Shown: positions 18,952 to 27,974, counted from the stretch's first letter. The stretch: DNA of 64,000 nucleotides from Candidatus Gorgyraea atricola (GCA_030765235.1 JAVCCW010000006.1:1789-65788); one strand, 5' to 3'. Numbers and translations are program-made. Notes: generated by a model not told the origin, from the sequence alone.

Positions 18952-20283
18952 TTAATGCTGGTGCCCTGCTGGATTCTTTTTCTCCTCGACACCCACTGCC
19001 CCGCCATACGCTACTGCTGCCACGCCTGAAAGCTGGCTCTGGGAATCAATAAGAAAATTTGCCTTTGTTACAACCATCTCGCCTTCTTTCAGGCCGCTCA
19101 AGACAGGATAGAATTTAGATTCTACTCCATCAATAGCAGAAGTGGATTCTGGCCCTATCTTGATAATCCTTCCTTCATATGCATCATTACCCTGATTAAT
19201 CCAGACAATTTTACGCACGCCTGTATCCAGCACCGCATCCTTTGGTATTGCCAGGACTTCGTACTCTCCATCAGGCCCCATATACATGCTCATGATCACG
19301 ACATCCACGTACATCTCTGGCTTAAGATGCAGGCCTGGATTCTCCACTTCAGCCCTAAATCTTAAAGAGCGCGTCTTTGGATCAAGCACAGGATTTATAG
19401 AGGCTATAACTCCATGAAATTCCTCGCCGGGTAGACTGGACGTAGTGACCTTTACTTCTCCATCTACCTTTGCCCAACCCAGCTCATATTCGTAGACATC
19501 GCCATAAATCCACATCTTCTCTTCTGGTAAAATTAGACTGGTCTCGACCTCTCTTTTTTCTTCTAATTCATTAATCTGGTCTTCGCTCAAGCCCAATAGT
19601 CTCAATTTTCTCTTTGAAGACTCAACCAGATTCAATGCCCTCTCATTTATCTCCTCAATATTCCCTTGCTGTATCTTATCAGAGACCTTTAGGGCCGCGA
19701 TAAATTCCTCCTGGGCAATCGCGAGTCCCGGGTCATAGGCAACTCTGCCTACTGTGCGGATCTCTTTATAGAGATGGAGTTTCTTTGCCGGTTCAGTTCT
19801 AACACCGGCCAGCTGTATTTGCTCGCCTTTTATTTTAACCTTACTAACAACGCCTTTTAACTCTTCTGCCTCTTCTTTTGATAATTCAATCAGATCCATC
19901 CCGCATATGGGACAAGTAGACATACCCTCTATGTCCTTCATAAGAAACACGTGCTCTGCCCCTTCCATGCCACAACCATAATACGCATCCGCCTCGTCTT
20001 GTCCCTTGCCTGCCCCGTATGAAATCTTTGATTTTCGTATGGGGTCCCTTGTCCCTTGTCCCTGATCTTTATACACAGGCGTCAAATACATATTACATAT
20101 AGGACATGATTTGTTACCTTTGTTATATTCCTCCACAGAAACTTTAACGCTAGGGTGCATGCCGCAGGTGTAATGTAATATCCCGTCGCTCGCATCTTGC
20201 TTATCGCTTGTTTTGCCCTGGCTGCAGCCTGTAATCGCAAAAATCGCAATAAATAATATTATAAAAATACTTTTACCTTTCAT
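18952..20283 (-). CDS. cusB: RND efflux periplasmic adaptor (CusB-like) with N-terminal metal-binding motifs and an in-frame palindromic-element insertion
   Basis: Lipoprotein signal (ITGC); two CusB-type metal motifs (HYTCGMHPSV; CPICGMDL); membrane-fusion beta-barrel domain. The segment QGQGTRDPIRKSKISYGAGKGQD is encoded by the 61-nt repeat. Confidence 0.85.
   Translation of the reverse strand: MKGKSIFIILFIAIFAITGCSQGKTSDKQDASDGILHYTCGMHPSVKVSVEEYNKGNKSCPICNMYLTPVYKDQGQGTRDPIRKSKISYGAGKGQDEADAYYGCGMEGAEHVFLMKDIEGMSTCPICGMDLIELSKEEAEELKGVVSKVKIKGEQIQLAGVRTEPAKKLHLYKEIRTVGRVAYDPGLAIAQEEFIAALKVSDKIQQGNIEEINERALNLVESSKRKLRLLGLSEDQINELEEKREVETSLILPEEKMWIYGDVYEYELGWAKVDGEVKVTTSSLPGEEFHGVIASINPVLDPKTRSLRFRAEVENPGLHLKPEMYVDVVIMSMYMGPDGEYEVLAIPKDAVLDTGVRKIVWINQGNDAYEGRIIKIGPESTSAIDGVESKFYPVLSGLKEGEMVVTKANFLIDSQSQLSGVAAVAYGGAVGVEEKKNPAGHQH
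19997..20057. repeat. RPE-like small palindromic element, copy B (inside cusB CDS)
   Basis: 60/61 nt identical to 9214-9274; translated in a different frame from copy A. Confidence 0.85.
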
Positions 20284-21536
20284 TATAAACTCCTCCCAAC
20301 AACTCGTTCAAGATATGCAATTGACTTCTGATAATCGACTATTGTCTTGTAATGCGCCAATTTTGTCTGTAAAAGTACCCTCTCGGCATCGAGCCAGTTC
20401 AAAAAATCTACTTTACCTGTTTCATAGCTGGTCCTTGCCGCATCATAAGCCTGCTCTGCCTGCGGCACCAGGGCAGTTTTATAAAGAGAGACTATATCTT
20501 TATAGGTGGTGATCTTAAAATATAAATCCTCGACCTCATAATCCACGACATTTTCCACATCTTCGTGATTTTTCTTGCTTGATTCTAAAAGTGCTTTCTT
20601 CTCTTTAACCTGGGCGTTTAATTTGCCAAACCAGATCGGGACACTTATTGCCACTTTGCCCATCCACGCATCGTCTCCGTCGTTTGGCTGTGTGGTGCTG
20701 CCGCTTCCTACTTCGATATAGTCAACACCAAATGTAAAATCAGGGAGGTAATCCAATCTTGCCAGAGACCTTTCGTATTTGGCCCTTTCTATATCTAACT
20801 TCGCAGCGAGTAGCTGCTGACTGGACTCCTCTGATATCCGGTGTAGTTCGTCAAGTTCATAGGTAAATTCCATTGATTCAACATCACCTGTCTTGCCTAA
20901 TTCTTCGCCCCTTGGCCTATTAAGGAGTCTGTTCGCCTTTGCCTCCAGGCTCTTTCTATTCTGCCTCAAAAGGAATAACTTATCGATCAATTTTGAAAGC
21001 TCCACCTGCGCCTTGATAACATCCTGCTGGGGCGTAAGATTTGATTCATACTTGCGCTGCGCCACCTTTTCCAGGCCCTCTATTATTGCCTTTTCCTCTT
21101 CTGTTATTTTAATCGCCTTATCCACCCAGAAAATATCATAATACAAAAATTTTACATCCTTTATGATCTCACGCTTCGCAGCTTCGTATTTTTCTTCCAA
21201 TATGCTGGCAAGCTTGGCCTGGGCCTTTCCCTTAAGGCCTAATTTTCCAGGAAACGGGATCTTCTGGGAAACACCGTACTTATGCTCCTGCGGGCCGACC
21301 CTTGTCTCAACGCTCTCGCCAAAATATCCATAGCTAGCTGTAGGATCAGGAAGCCCCCTTACATATCTTGACTTATACTCAGCTGCCTTCCACTCGCTAT
21401 GCACTGCCTGGATCTTTGGATTATTATTCAGCGCTTCATCAATGAGTGAATCAAGCGTTACTATCTCTTCTGAATAGGCATGCCCTGCGGTAATCATCAA
21501 TACAAAAATTATAAAAATAAAGTATCGCATATTCAT
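20283..21536 (-). CDS. cusC: TolC-family outer-membrane efflux protein (CusC-like)
   Basis: Signal peptide; two OEP repeats; 417 aa; start overlaps the cusB stop. Confidence 0.85.
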   Translation of the reverse strand: MNMRYFIFIIFVLMITAGHAYSEEIVTLDSLIDEALNNNPKIQAVHSEWKAAEYKSRYVRGLPDPTASYGYFGESVETRVGPQEHKYGVSQKIPFPGKLGLKGKAQAKLASILEEKYEAAKREIIKDVKFLYYDIFWVDKAIKITEEEKAIIEGLEKVAQRKYESNLTPQQDVIKAQVELSKLIDKLFLLRQNRKSLEAKANRLLNRPRGEELGKTGDVESMEFTYELDELHRISEESSQQLLAAKLDIERAKYERSLARLDYLPDFTFGVDYIEVGSGSTTQPNDGDDAWMGKVAISVPIWFGKLNAQVKEKKALLESSKKNHEDVENVVDYEVEDLYFKITTYKDIVSLYKTALVPQAEQAYDAARTSYETGKVDFLNWLDAERVLLQTKLAHYKTIVDYQKSIAYLERVVGRSL

Positions 21537-21590
21537 CCTTCGACTCCTTTCAGTCGTCCTTCGACGCGCTTCGCTTGCTCAGGACGACCC

Positions 21591-21711
21591 TGAGTCCCTC
21601 GACTTTGCTCGGGATGATTCACGAGAGATGGTGAGCCCCTCGACTCCGCTCGGGACGGTTCAAGGAGTGGTGAGCCTGTCGAACCGCTTGTCGAACCACT
21701 TGTCGAATGGG
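21591..21711. repeat. GC-rich degenerate tandem repeat, 3 x ~41 nt, between csoR and cusC
   Basis: U1 TGAGTCCCTCGACTTTGCTCGGGATGATTCACGAGAGATGG; U2 TGAGCCCCTCGACTCCGCTCGGGACGGTTCAAGGAGTGG; U3 TGAGCCTGTCGAACCGCTTGTCGAACCACTTGTCGAATGGG. Preceded by inverted repeat GTCGTCC...GGACGAC (21553-21588). About 60% GC in a ~38% GC window. A 63-aa ORF (21533-21724) reads through it. Confidence 0.8.
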
Positions 21712-21716
21712 TCATA

Positions 21717-22001
21717 TCAAGCACTCCTTCTGAACCTCTGTATTAAATTAACAATCTCATCTACCTTTTTTTCCTTTTCAGATTTAGATTTCCCTTTTAA
21801 TGCATGCACAACGCATCCATCTATGTGCTTCCTGAAGATATTATTCTCTACTCTATAGAGCGCTCCTATAATAGAGTGTATTTGAGTGATGATATCCACG
21901 CAATATCTTTTTTCGTCAATCATCCTCTGGATTCCCTTGACCTGACCCTCGATCCTCTTTAAAGGTACTAGCTGTTCCGGGTGTACGGTTTTCTGTTTCA
22001 T
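21717..22001 (-). CDS. csoR: CsoR/RcnR-family metal-sensing transcriptional repressor
   Basis: DUF156 signature (C...H...C spacing: RYCVDIITQIHSIIGAL...HIDGCVVHA). Start placed at the ATG preceded by GGAGGA. Confidence 0.8.
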   Translation of the reverse strand: MKQKTVHPEQLVPLKRIEGQVKGIQRMIDEKRYCVDIITQIHSIIGALYRVENNIFRKHIDGCVVHALKGKSKSEKEKKVDEIVNLIQRFRRSA

Positions 22002-22023
22002 GGCAATCTCTCCTCCCACTACA

Positions 22024-22053
22024 AGTATACCCTACCCCCCTACCCTATGTCAA
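22024..22053 (-). promoter_or_regulatory. Predicted sigma70 promoter of csoR-cus operon (TTGACA-17-TATACT) with G-tract spacer, candidate CsoR operator
   Basis: Minus-strand TTGACAtagggtagggggtagggTATACT, 20 nt upstream of the RBS. TACCC/GGGTA-rich spacer as in CsoR boxes. Confidence 0.45.
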
Positions 22054-22063
22054 GGGGAAAATA

Positions 22064-22095
22064 AAAATACCCTCCTTGAGAAAAAGAGGGTATTT
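22064..22095 (-). terminator. Rho-independent terminator after the response-regulator gene
   Basis: AAUACCCUC-loop-GAGGGUAUU hairpin followed by UUUUUAUUUU on the minus strand. Confidence 0.6.
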
Positions 22096-22111
22096 TAGTA
22101 AATAAAAACTA

Positions 22112-22480
22112 TTAGCCCGCTATCGCCTCTTCTACGATCTTCATTACCTCTTCCCTGTTAATGGGTTTCATGCAGAATACAGTATTGGCCACTGCCTGGT
22201 CATGCTGCTCCAATAGATTTCCGAGTTTTGACAAGAAACCCGATATGACACATATCTTAGTATCTTTATCTATGACCCTAAAATCCTTTAATAGCTCCTG
22301 GCCATCCTTGTCAGGCAATGCCAGGTCTAAAAATACGAGATTATATTTTTTCGGCTTGAATAAATCCATGCCTTCTTTGGCTGTTTTTGCAAAATCGAGA
22401 TTATGGTCAAATTTTTCCAGAACAGATTTAAAGGCATCTCTTATTAATTTATCATCATCAATAATAAGTATACGAGCCAT
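22112..22480 (-). CDS. Stand-alone response-regulator receiver (CheY-like)
   Basis: ILIIDDD ... FLDLALPDKDG phosphoacceptor region; 122 aa, no output domain. Confidence 0.85.
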   Translation of the reverse strand: MARILIIDDDKLIRDAFKSVLEKFDHNLDFAKTAKEGMDLFKPKKYNLVFLDLALPDKDGQELLKDFRVIDKDTKICVISGFLSKLGNLLEQHDQAVANTVFCMKPINREEVMKIVEEAIAG

Positions 22481-22489
22481 ATTCCCCTC

Positions 22490-24466
22490 CTAACAAGGTA
22501 AGGACAATACTGCCTCTGTGCCCTTTTTCTCCTCAGAATAGATCTCTATCTTTCCTCTATGCTGGTCCATAATATTCTTTACTATGGACATGCCCATGCC
22601 CAGGCCTCTTCCAATAGGCTTGGTTGTGAAAAACGGATCAAAAATCTTTTTAAGGTGCTCTTTTTTAATGCCCTGGCCTTTGTCCTTGATCTTTACCTTT
22701 ACCATGTCATTTTCTAAGTAACTTTCTATGCTGATCTTTTTAGACTTCAAATCTAAAACAGCATCCTTAGCATTTAACAATAGATTCAATATCACCTGCT
22801 GCAGCGCATTAACTGAAACATCAACGCCTGGCAGGTCCTTTCCATAATTCTTTACTAATTCGATCTTGTTTATTTTAAACTCGTGAAAGACAAATGGTAT
22901 TGCTGATTCAATTACATCGTTTATATCTTCTTTTTTCAAGACCAATTCTTCTTTACGCGAAAACACAAGGAGCTTGGAAACCACCCCTGAAATCCTTTTA
23001 AGTCCGCCTTCTATCTGCGATAAGGCCTTGTACTCCTTACTCTTTTTCTTTTTCTCTGAGGCAAGATCCCCTGCGAGCAGCATAACACCCATTAAAGGAT
23101 TGTTTATCTCGTGCGCCATGCCTGCTGAAAGAGTACCCATGGCAGCCATTTTTTCTGCCTGGATAAGCTGATCCTGTGTTTCCTTAAGTCTCTCGTACGC
23201 CTTGTTTAAATCTGACTCTGCCTTTTTTCGCTCAGCTATTTCTCTATTGAGATCATATATTGAAGTAGTCGTCCTTTTTAGGTTTTCTGTCATGCTGTTA
23301 AATGCAATTGCTAAAGCCGCTATCTCATCCTTTGATTTAATCTCTACCTTAGTATCTAAATTACCCTTGCCTATATTAATCGTCGCGTGCATCAGTTTTC
23401 TCAAGGGCTTTAGAATAGATCTGGAAATCAAAGCGCCTATCAAGACAGCAAGTATGGTCAGGATAAACGATGTAGCTAACATAGCATTTCTCAATCTAAT
23501 AACAGAAGCGAATATCTCTCCTGTCTCATGTTCTACTATTAAAATCCAACCTAGACCCTTAAAATCTCTGTACCCTCTTGAATGGGCATAGGCAAATAAC
23601 CGTTTTCCTTCGCTATGTTCACTTTCTATGAAAAACCCTTTATCTCCTTTCATTCCTTTGAAGAACTCCTGATTAGATATATCCTTAAAAAAGCTAATAT
23701 TCTTTTTCTCTCCTGTAAAGTGAACCAGTCTGCCATTTTTATTTACTAACTTAAAATATCTGCTTCTATATTGTTCACTTGGTGCAACAGACTTTATTAT
23801 ATTAATTGCCTCTTCTATATTCAAAACAACCTTTATAACGCCAATAAAATCTCCATTACTATCTTCAACCCTTACTGCAATATCAGTAGAATAAAGATCT
23901 GCGCTTTCATCATATTTGACATCTCTTATAAACAGACCTTTATCCTTTGCCTGGAGCCACCACGCCTCATCATCCTGTCTATAGTCAGAGGTCTTTCCTG
24001 TTAGCGCGACATTAACACCGTATTGATTTGTTACAAATACCTCGCCAAAAACCCTGTATCCATATTTCTCTTCATAGAAGTTTATTTTTTCTCTTAACTC
24101 ACCTGATAATCTATTGTCAATCAGTTCCTGCATGAAAGGAGTTATTGTCTCTTTTGGCGCAGAAACCCATTCCTCGTCTTTAGTGGTAATATAGGTCTGT
24201 ATATCATCCAGGTCTTTGAACGCTTGATTTGATTCTAAAAGCATCTGCTGCAGCAGTAAATGCTTTGAATATTCTTCGAATGTCTCTATCTTACTATAGA
24301 TATCCCTGTCTATCTTATCAATGATCTCGCTGGCCAATGACACAGAGTTCTCTCCAATATGCTTTTGTAATGCATCCTGACTTACATCAATAGAGAGGTA
24401 TCCTATCAGCGCGACCAATGCTGCGACTGCTAAGAATCCTAAGATCAGTTTTTGGCTTATTTTCAT
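22490..24466 (-). CDS. Sensor histidine kinase with periplasmic Cache-like domain, HAMP, HisKA and HATPase
   Basis: Two TM segments flanking a ~290-aa extracytoplasmic domain; H-box MAHEINNPL; N/G-boxes (LLLNAKDA, GRGLGMGMS). Confidence 0.9.
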   Translation of the reverse strand: MKISQKLILGFLAVAALVALIGYLSIDVSQDALQKHIGENSVSLASEIIDKIDRDIYSKIETFEEYSKHLLLQQMLLESNQAFKDLDDIQTYITTKDEEWVSAPKETITPFMQELIDNRLSGELREKINFYEEKYGYRVFGEVFVTNQYGVNVALTGKTSDYRQDDEAWWLQAKDKGLFIRDVKYDESADLYSTDIAVRVEDSNGDFIGVIKVVLNIEEAINIIKSVAPSEQYRSRYFKLVNKNGRLVHFTGEKKNISFFKDISNQEFFKGMKGDKGFFIESEHSEGKRLFAYAHSRGYRDFKGLGWILIVEHETGEIFASVIRLRNAMLATSFILTILAVLIGALISRSILKPLRKLMHATINIGKGNLDTKVEIKSKDEIAALAIAFNSMTENLKRTTTSIYDLNREIAERKKAESDLNKAYERLKETQDQLIQAEKMAAMGTLSAGMAHEINNPLMGVMLLAGDLASEKKKKSKEYKALSQIEGGLKRISGVVSKLLVFSRKEELVLKKEDINDVIESAIPFVFHEFKINKIELVKNYGKDLPGVDVSVNALQQVILNLLLNAKDAVLDLKSKKISIESYLENDMVKVKIKDKGQGIKKEHLKKIFDPFFTTKPIGRGLGMGMSIVKNIMDQHRGKIEIYSEEKKGTEAVLSLPC

Positions 24467-24553
24467 TATTTAGATTTGACTTTTTTAGACTTTTTTTTAC
24501 CAAAAAACCATTTTTTTAACCGAAATTGTATCTTATACCTTCCCCTGCAAAGT

Positions 24554-25171
24554 CTATTGCTTATTAACTTCATTCGTAGCCCCCTCGCTGCGCTTTTTGC
24601 CAAAGTTGAATATTTTTCTTACAAATCTGAACATCATCTTCAGGAACCATATAGAAAACGCGATAAAAAGTATAACAAGCACGCCGGTTATTATAGGGTG
24701 ATTCACGATCATCCATAAGACACCCACTACAAGCGCATCCTCTGAGACACTCGCAATAGAGTTTGTGACTGGTTCAGGTGAGGTGTTTATTGCAGCTCGC
24801 GTGGTTGCCTTTGTAAGGTGTGAGTCCATAGCAACTGTGCCGCTTAAGAGCGCCGCGGGTATCTGCGCAACCGGCCCTATATCAGCCATTGCCATATATG
24901 AAAGCGCTGCGCCACCCAGAGGTCTTATAAAAGTATGCACTGAATCCCATGCTGAATCCACAAGTGGAATTTTATCAGCAAAAAACTCCACTGCATACAT
25001 CAGTATTGCTATTGCAATGACAAAAGGATTAGAGATCGCATCAAGATTCCCAGGAAGGCTTAAAATCCCAAGTTTATCCATAATCCCGAGCCCGGCAATA
25101 GTAAGATAAAGATTTACACCCGAAGCCCACGAACCACCTAACATAACTCCTAAATTAGCTAATACATCCAT
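24554..25171 (-). CDS. DUF4126-family membrane protein
   Basis: Polytopic; no catalytic motifs. Confidence 0.5.
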   Translation of the reverse strand: MDVLANLGVMLGGSWASGVNLYLTIAGLGIMDKLGILSLPGNLDAISNPFVIAIAILMYAVEFFADKIPLVDSAWDSVHTFIRPLGGAALSYMAMADIGPVAQIPAALLSGTVAMDSHLTKATTRAAINTSPEPVTNSIASVSEDALVVGVLWMIVNHPIITGVLVILFIAFSIWFLKMMFRFVRKIFNFGKKRSEGATNEVNKQ

Positions 25172-25231
25172 AACACCCTCCTCTTAAGAACAGTATAGTA
25201 TACAAAACTCCCCTGTCAAGAGACTAGGAGA

Positions 25232-25927
25232 CTATTCTATTGCCTTTAGGAAGGTTTGTTTGCTGATTTGTTCGATTAACAAAGCTAGGCGTTGGCGAGG
25301 TTTGGCGTTTTGTTTGTAGAAGGTTACTACTTTTTTGATCAATGGCAAAATCTCATCTTCTGTTAAAATCTTATCCAGCTTAAACCCGACTCGCGGAGTC
25401 TTTCCTCCACAGCCACCCAGATATACTGCATAGCCTGCTCCTTTTTCAGGATCGACTGCGCCGTGTAGACCTATTTCAGAACTCTGGGCCCGAGTACAGG
25501 TATTTGGGCAGCCAGATATGACTATCTTAAACTTGTGCGGGAGATCTATGCCGCATAGAATGCCAGCTTTTTCTATTTTCTCAAAAAGAGCAAATGTATT
25601 AACAAGGCCACGTTTACACCAATTATTTCCAGGGCACGCAGTGGTTGCCCTTAAGCGCGAACCAGAAGTACCTGTTTGTATACCTGCGTCCTTTATTTCT
25701 TTTTCAACGCGTTCTATATCCTCAAATCTTATGAACGGCACTTCTATACCCTGGCGAACTGTAAGATGCGTAAATCCCTTGCCATATTTTTTAGAGATCT
25801 CTGAAATCTTTTCTAGATGAGCCCCTTTATAATTTCCAGAAGACATCCTGGTCCGCAGGGTAAAATATCCATCTTGTTTGGCGCGCAAAAATCCGCGTTT
25901 TTTTAAAACATCATAATCTATGCTCAT
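25232..25927 (-). CDS. Small nitrite/sulfite-reductase-like protein (ferredoxin-like half domain + siroheme/4Fe-4S binding Cys motifs)
   Basis: CPGNNWC and CPNTC motifs characteristic of the NiR/SiR siroheme-[4Fe-4S] site; 231 aa; embedded in a siroheme biosynthesis operon. Confidence 0.65.
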   Translation of the reverse strand: MSIDYDVLKKRGFLRAKQDGYFTLRTRMSSGNYKGAHLEKISEISKKYGKGFTHLTVRQGIEVPFIRFEDIERVEKEIKDAGIQTGTSGSRLRATTACPGNNWCKRGLVNTFALFEKIEKAGILCGIDLPHKFKIVISGCPNTCTRAQSSEIGLHGAVDPEKGAGYAVYLGGCGGKTPRVGFKLDKILTEDEILPLIKKVVTFYKQNAKPRQRLALLIEQISKQTFLKAIE

Positions 25928-27072
25928 AATCTCTCAAAAGCCTCCCTTATTGTATCAATAGTCTCGTCGATGTCCTTCTTTGTATGACTGAATGAAAGAA
26001 AATTCGCCTCATTCTCTGAAGGCGCGAAATAAATACCTTTTCCAAGAAGCCTTTTATAAAAAGTCTGGAACTGTTTCCTTTTCTTGAATCTTATACTGAA
26101 TATGGTTTTGTAAGCTACTACCTGTAGATCAATTCTATGTTTTGCTGCTTCTTTCCTGATGTGGCTCGTCAATTTCTCTGTCAGATCTTCTAGGAATTCA
26201 TATCTCTTTAAAAACAGTGCCTTAAGGGCTGCTATGCCTGAACTCATCACTATTGGGTTTCCTGCAAATGTTGAACCTTGATGCACTGTACCCAAAGGCG
26301 CGAGTTTGTTCATAATCTCATTTCGGCCTCCATATGCACCTATAGGCAACCCACCTCCAATGATCTTTCCCAAGCAAATTAAATCAGGCTTAATGCCCAG
26401 TATGCTAGCGATAGAACCAAATCTGAATCTAAATCCCGCGATAACCTCGTCGAAAATTAGAAGCGACCCATATTTTTTAGTTAGCGCTCTCAGGCGCTTT
26501 AGAAAATCCCTATCAGGAAGCACCACGCCATGATTCCCACCTACAGGTTCTACGATAACGCCTGCTATATTTCGGCCGTGTTTTTTGAAAATCCCTTCTA
26601 CTGACTCTTTGCTTACTTCGTCTAAAAGATACTCAGCATGGCCATGGTATGCATTTTTTAATTTCAAGATCCTATTTCTTCCTGTATAACCTCTTGCCAG
26701 GTGAGTCGCGCCTAAAACTGCTTCACTGCCTGAATTTACAAAACGCAATTTATCAATAAAAGGGATTGCCTTTTTAATAAGTCGCGCAAGTTCTATCTCT
26801 TTTAAATTAGTAGCGCCAAAGCTGAAACCATTCCCAAGAGCTGATTTTACGTCTTTTACTACGGAAGGGTGCGCGTGACCTAAAATCAAAGCGCCATACG
26901 AAAGCACATAATCAATATAGGAATTGCCATCATAGTCATAGACCCTGGCGGCTTTTCCTTTTTTTATTAAAATAGGCTCTCTCTCTACATATTTGAACGA
27001 ACGGATAGGACTATTTACTCCGCCGACCAAGTGTTTTTTTGCTTCTTTAAGGATCATGACTAATTCACCCAC
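25924..27072 (-). CDS. hemL: Glutamate-1-semialdehyde 2,1-aminomutase (short form)
   Basis: Class-III aminotransferase; GGVNSPIRSF N-terminal motif; PLP lysine region. Confidence 0.9.
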   Translation of the reverse strand: MGELVMILKEAKKHLVGGVNSPIRSFKYVEREPILIKKGKAARVYDYDGNSYIDYVLSYGALILGHAHPSVVKDVKSALGNGFSFGATNLKEIELARLIKKAIPFIDKLRFVNSGSEAVLGATHLARGYTGRNRILKLKNAYHGHAEYLLDEVSKESVEGIFKKHGRNIAGVIVEPVGGNHGVVLPDRDFLKRLRALTKKYGSLLIFDEVIAGFRFRFGSIASILGIKPDLICLGKIIGGGLPIGAYGGRNEIMNKLAPLGTVHQGSTFAGNPIVMSSGIAALKALFLKRYEFLEDLTEKLTSHIRKEAAKHRIDLQVVAYKTIFSIRFKKRKQFQTFYKRLLGKGIYFAPSENEANFLSFSHTKKDIDETIDTIREAFERL

Positions 27073-27974
27073 CTTGCAATATCTTTCGCATGATACGTAA
27101 TGATAAAATCCGCTCCTGCGCGTTTTATCGAAGAAATAATTTCCAAAACCAGATCTTTTTCTTGCCTGGTGCTATTTTTCACCATAGCATACTCTCCGCT
27201 GACATTATAAACAGCTAGAGGATGATCAAATCTATCCCTTGCCTCTTTAACAACATCCAGATACCCCAGTGCTGGCTTTACCATTACAATGTCTGCGCCT
27301 TCTTTTATGTCAGCCTCGATTTCTTTTAAGGCATCTTCCCTCTTGGTAAAATCCAGCTGATATGTCCTTTTGCCGAACCTGGGAGCTGAATCTACTATAT
27401 CCCTGAAAGGCCCATAAAAATTTGAAGCGAACTTTGCTGAATAGCCAAGTATCTTTGTTTTCTTAAAACCTTTTTTATCCAGAGTCTTTCTTATTGCCTT
27501 TACCTGATCCTTTGCCATTGCTGAAGGCGCTACATAGTCAGCGCCTGCCTGCGCATGAGACAGAGCAATCTTTGCCAAAATCTTTAAAGTCTTGTTATTA
27601 TCTATAATACACCCTTGTCCCTTGTCTCTTGTCTCTTGTTTCTTTATAACACCACAGTGGCCGTGTGAGGTATAGGCACATAAACACACATCAGTGATAA
27701 CAGTTATTTCAGGGAAAGATCTCTTTAGTAACTTCAGAGATTCAGAAACTATATTCTTTTTTCCATAAGCGCTTTTACCATACCAGTCTTTTCTGTCAGG
27801 AATACCAAAAAGTAATATCTTTTTAATGCCCAATCTCTGCAAGGAAAGCGCCTCATCCAGCAACATATCAGGAGAAAATCTATACACCCCTGGCATAGAA
27901 GGGATCTTCTCGCGCAAATACTTTCCCTTTTTTACAAATAGAGGGTAGATCAGATTATCGAGCTTTATGTCCAT
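27060..27974 (-). CDS. hemB: Porphobilinogen synthase
   Basis: Zn site DVCLCAYTSHGHCG; active-site lysines. Contains an extra KKQETRDKGQ segment encoded by a CCCTTGTC-type repeat (27612-27642). Confidence 0.9.
   Translation of the reverse strand: MDIKLDNLIYPLFVKKGKYLREKIPSMPGVYRFSPDMLLDEALSLQRLGIKKILLFGIPDRKDWYGKSAYGKKNIVSESLKLLKRSFPEITVITDVCLCAYTSHGHCGVIKKQETRDKGQGCIIDNNKTLKILAKIALSHAQAGADYVAPSAMAKDQVKAIRKTLDKKGFKKTKILGYSAKFASNFYGPFRDIVDSAPRFGKRTYQLDFTKREDALKEIEADIKEGADIVMVKPALGYLDVVKEARDRFDHPLAVYNVSGEYAMVKNSTRQEKDLVLEIISSIKRAGADFIITYHAKDIARWVN

Noticed and set aside
21591-21711. Possible CRISPR-like array, from repeated ~41-nt units
   Set aside because: The units are directly contiguous with no unique spacers and are degenerate (about 70% identity). 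There are no cas genes. Classified as a tandem repeat instead.
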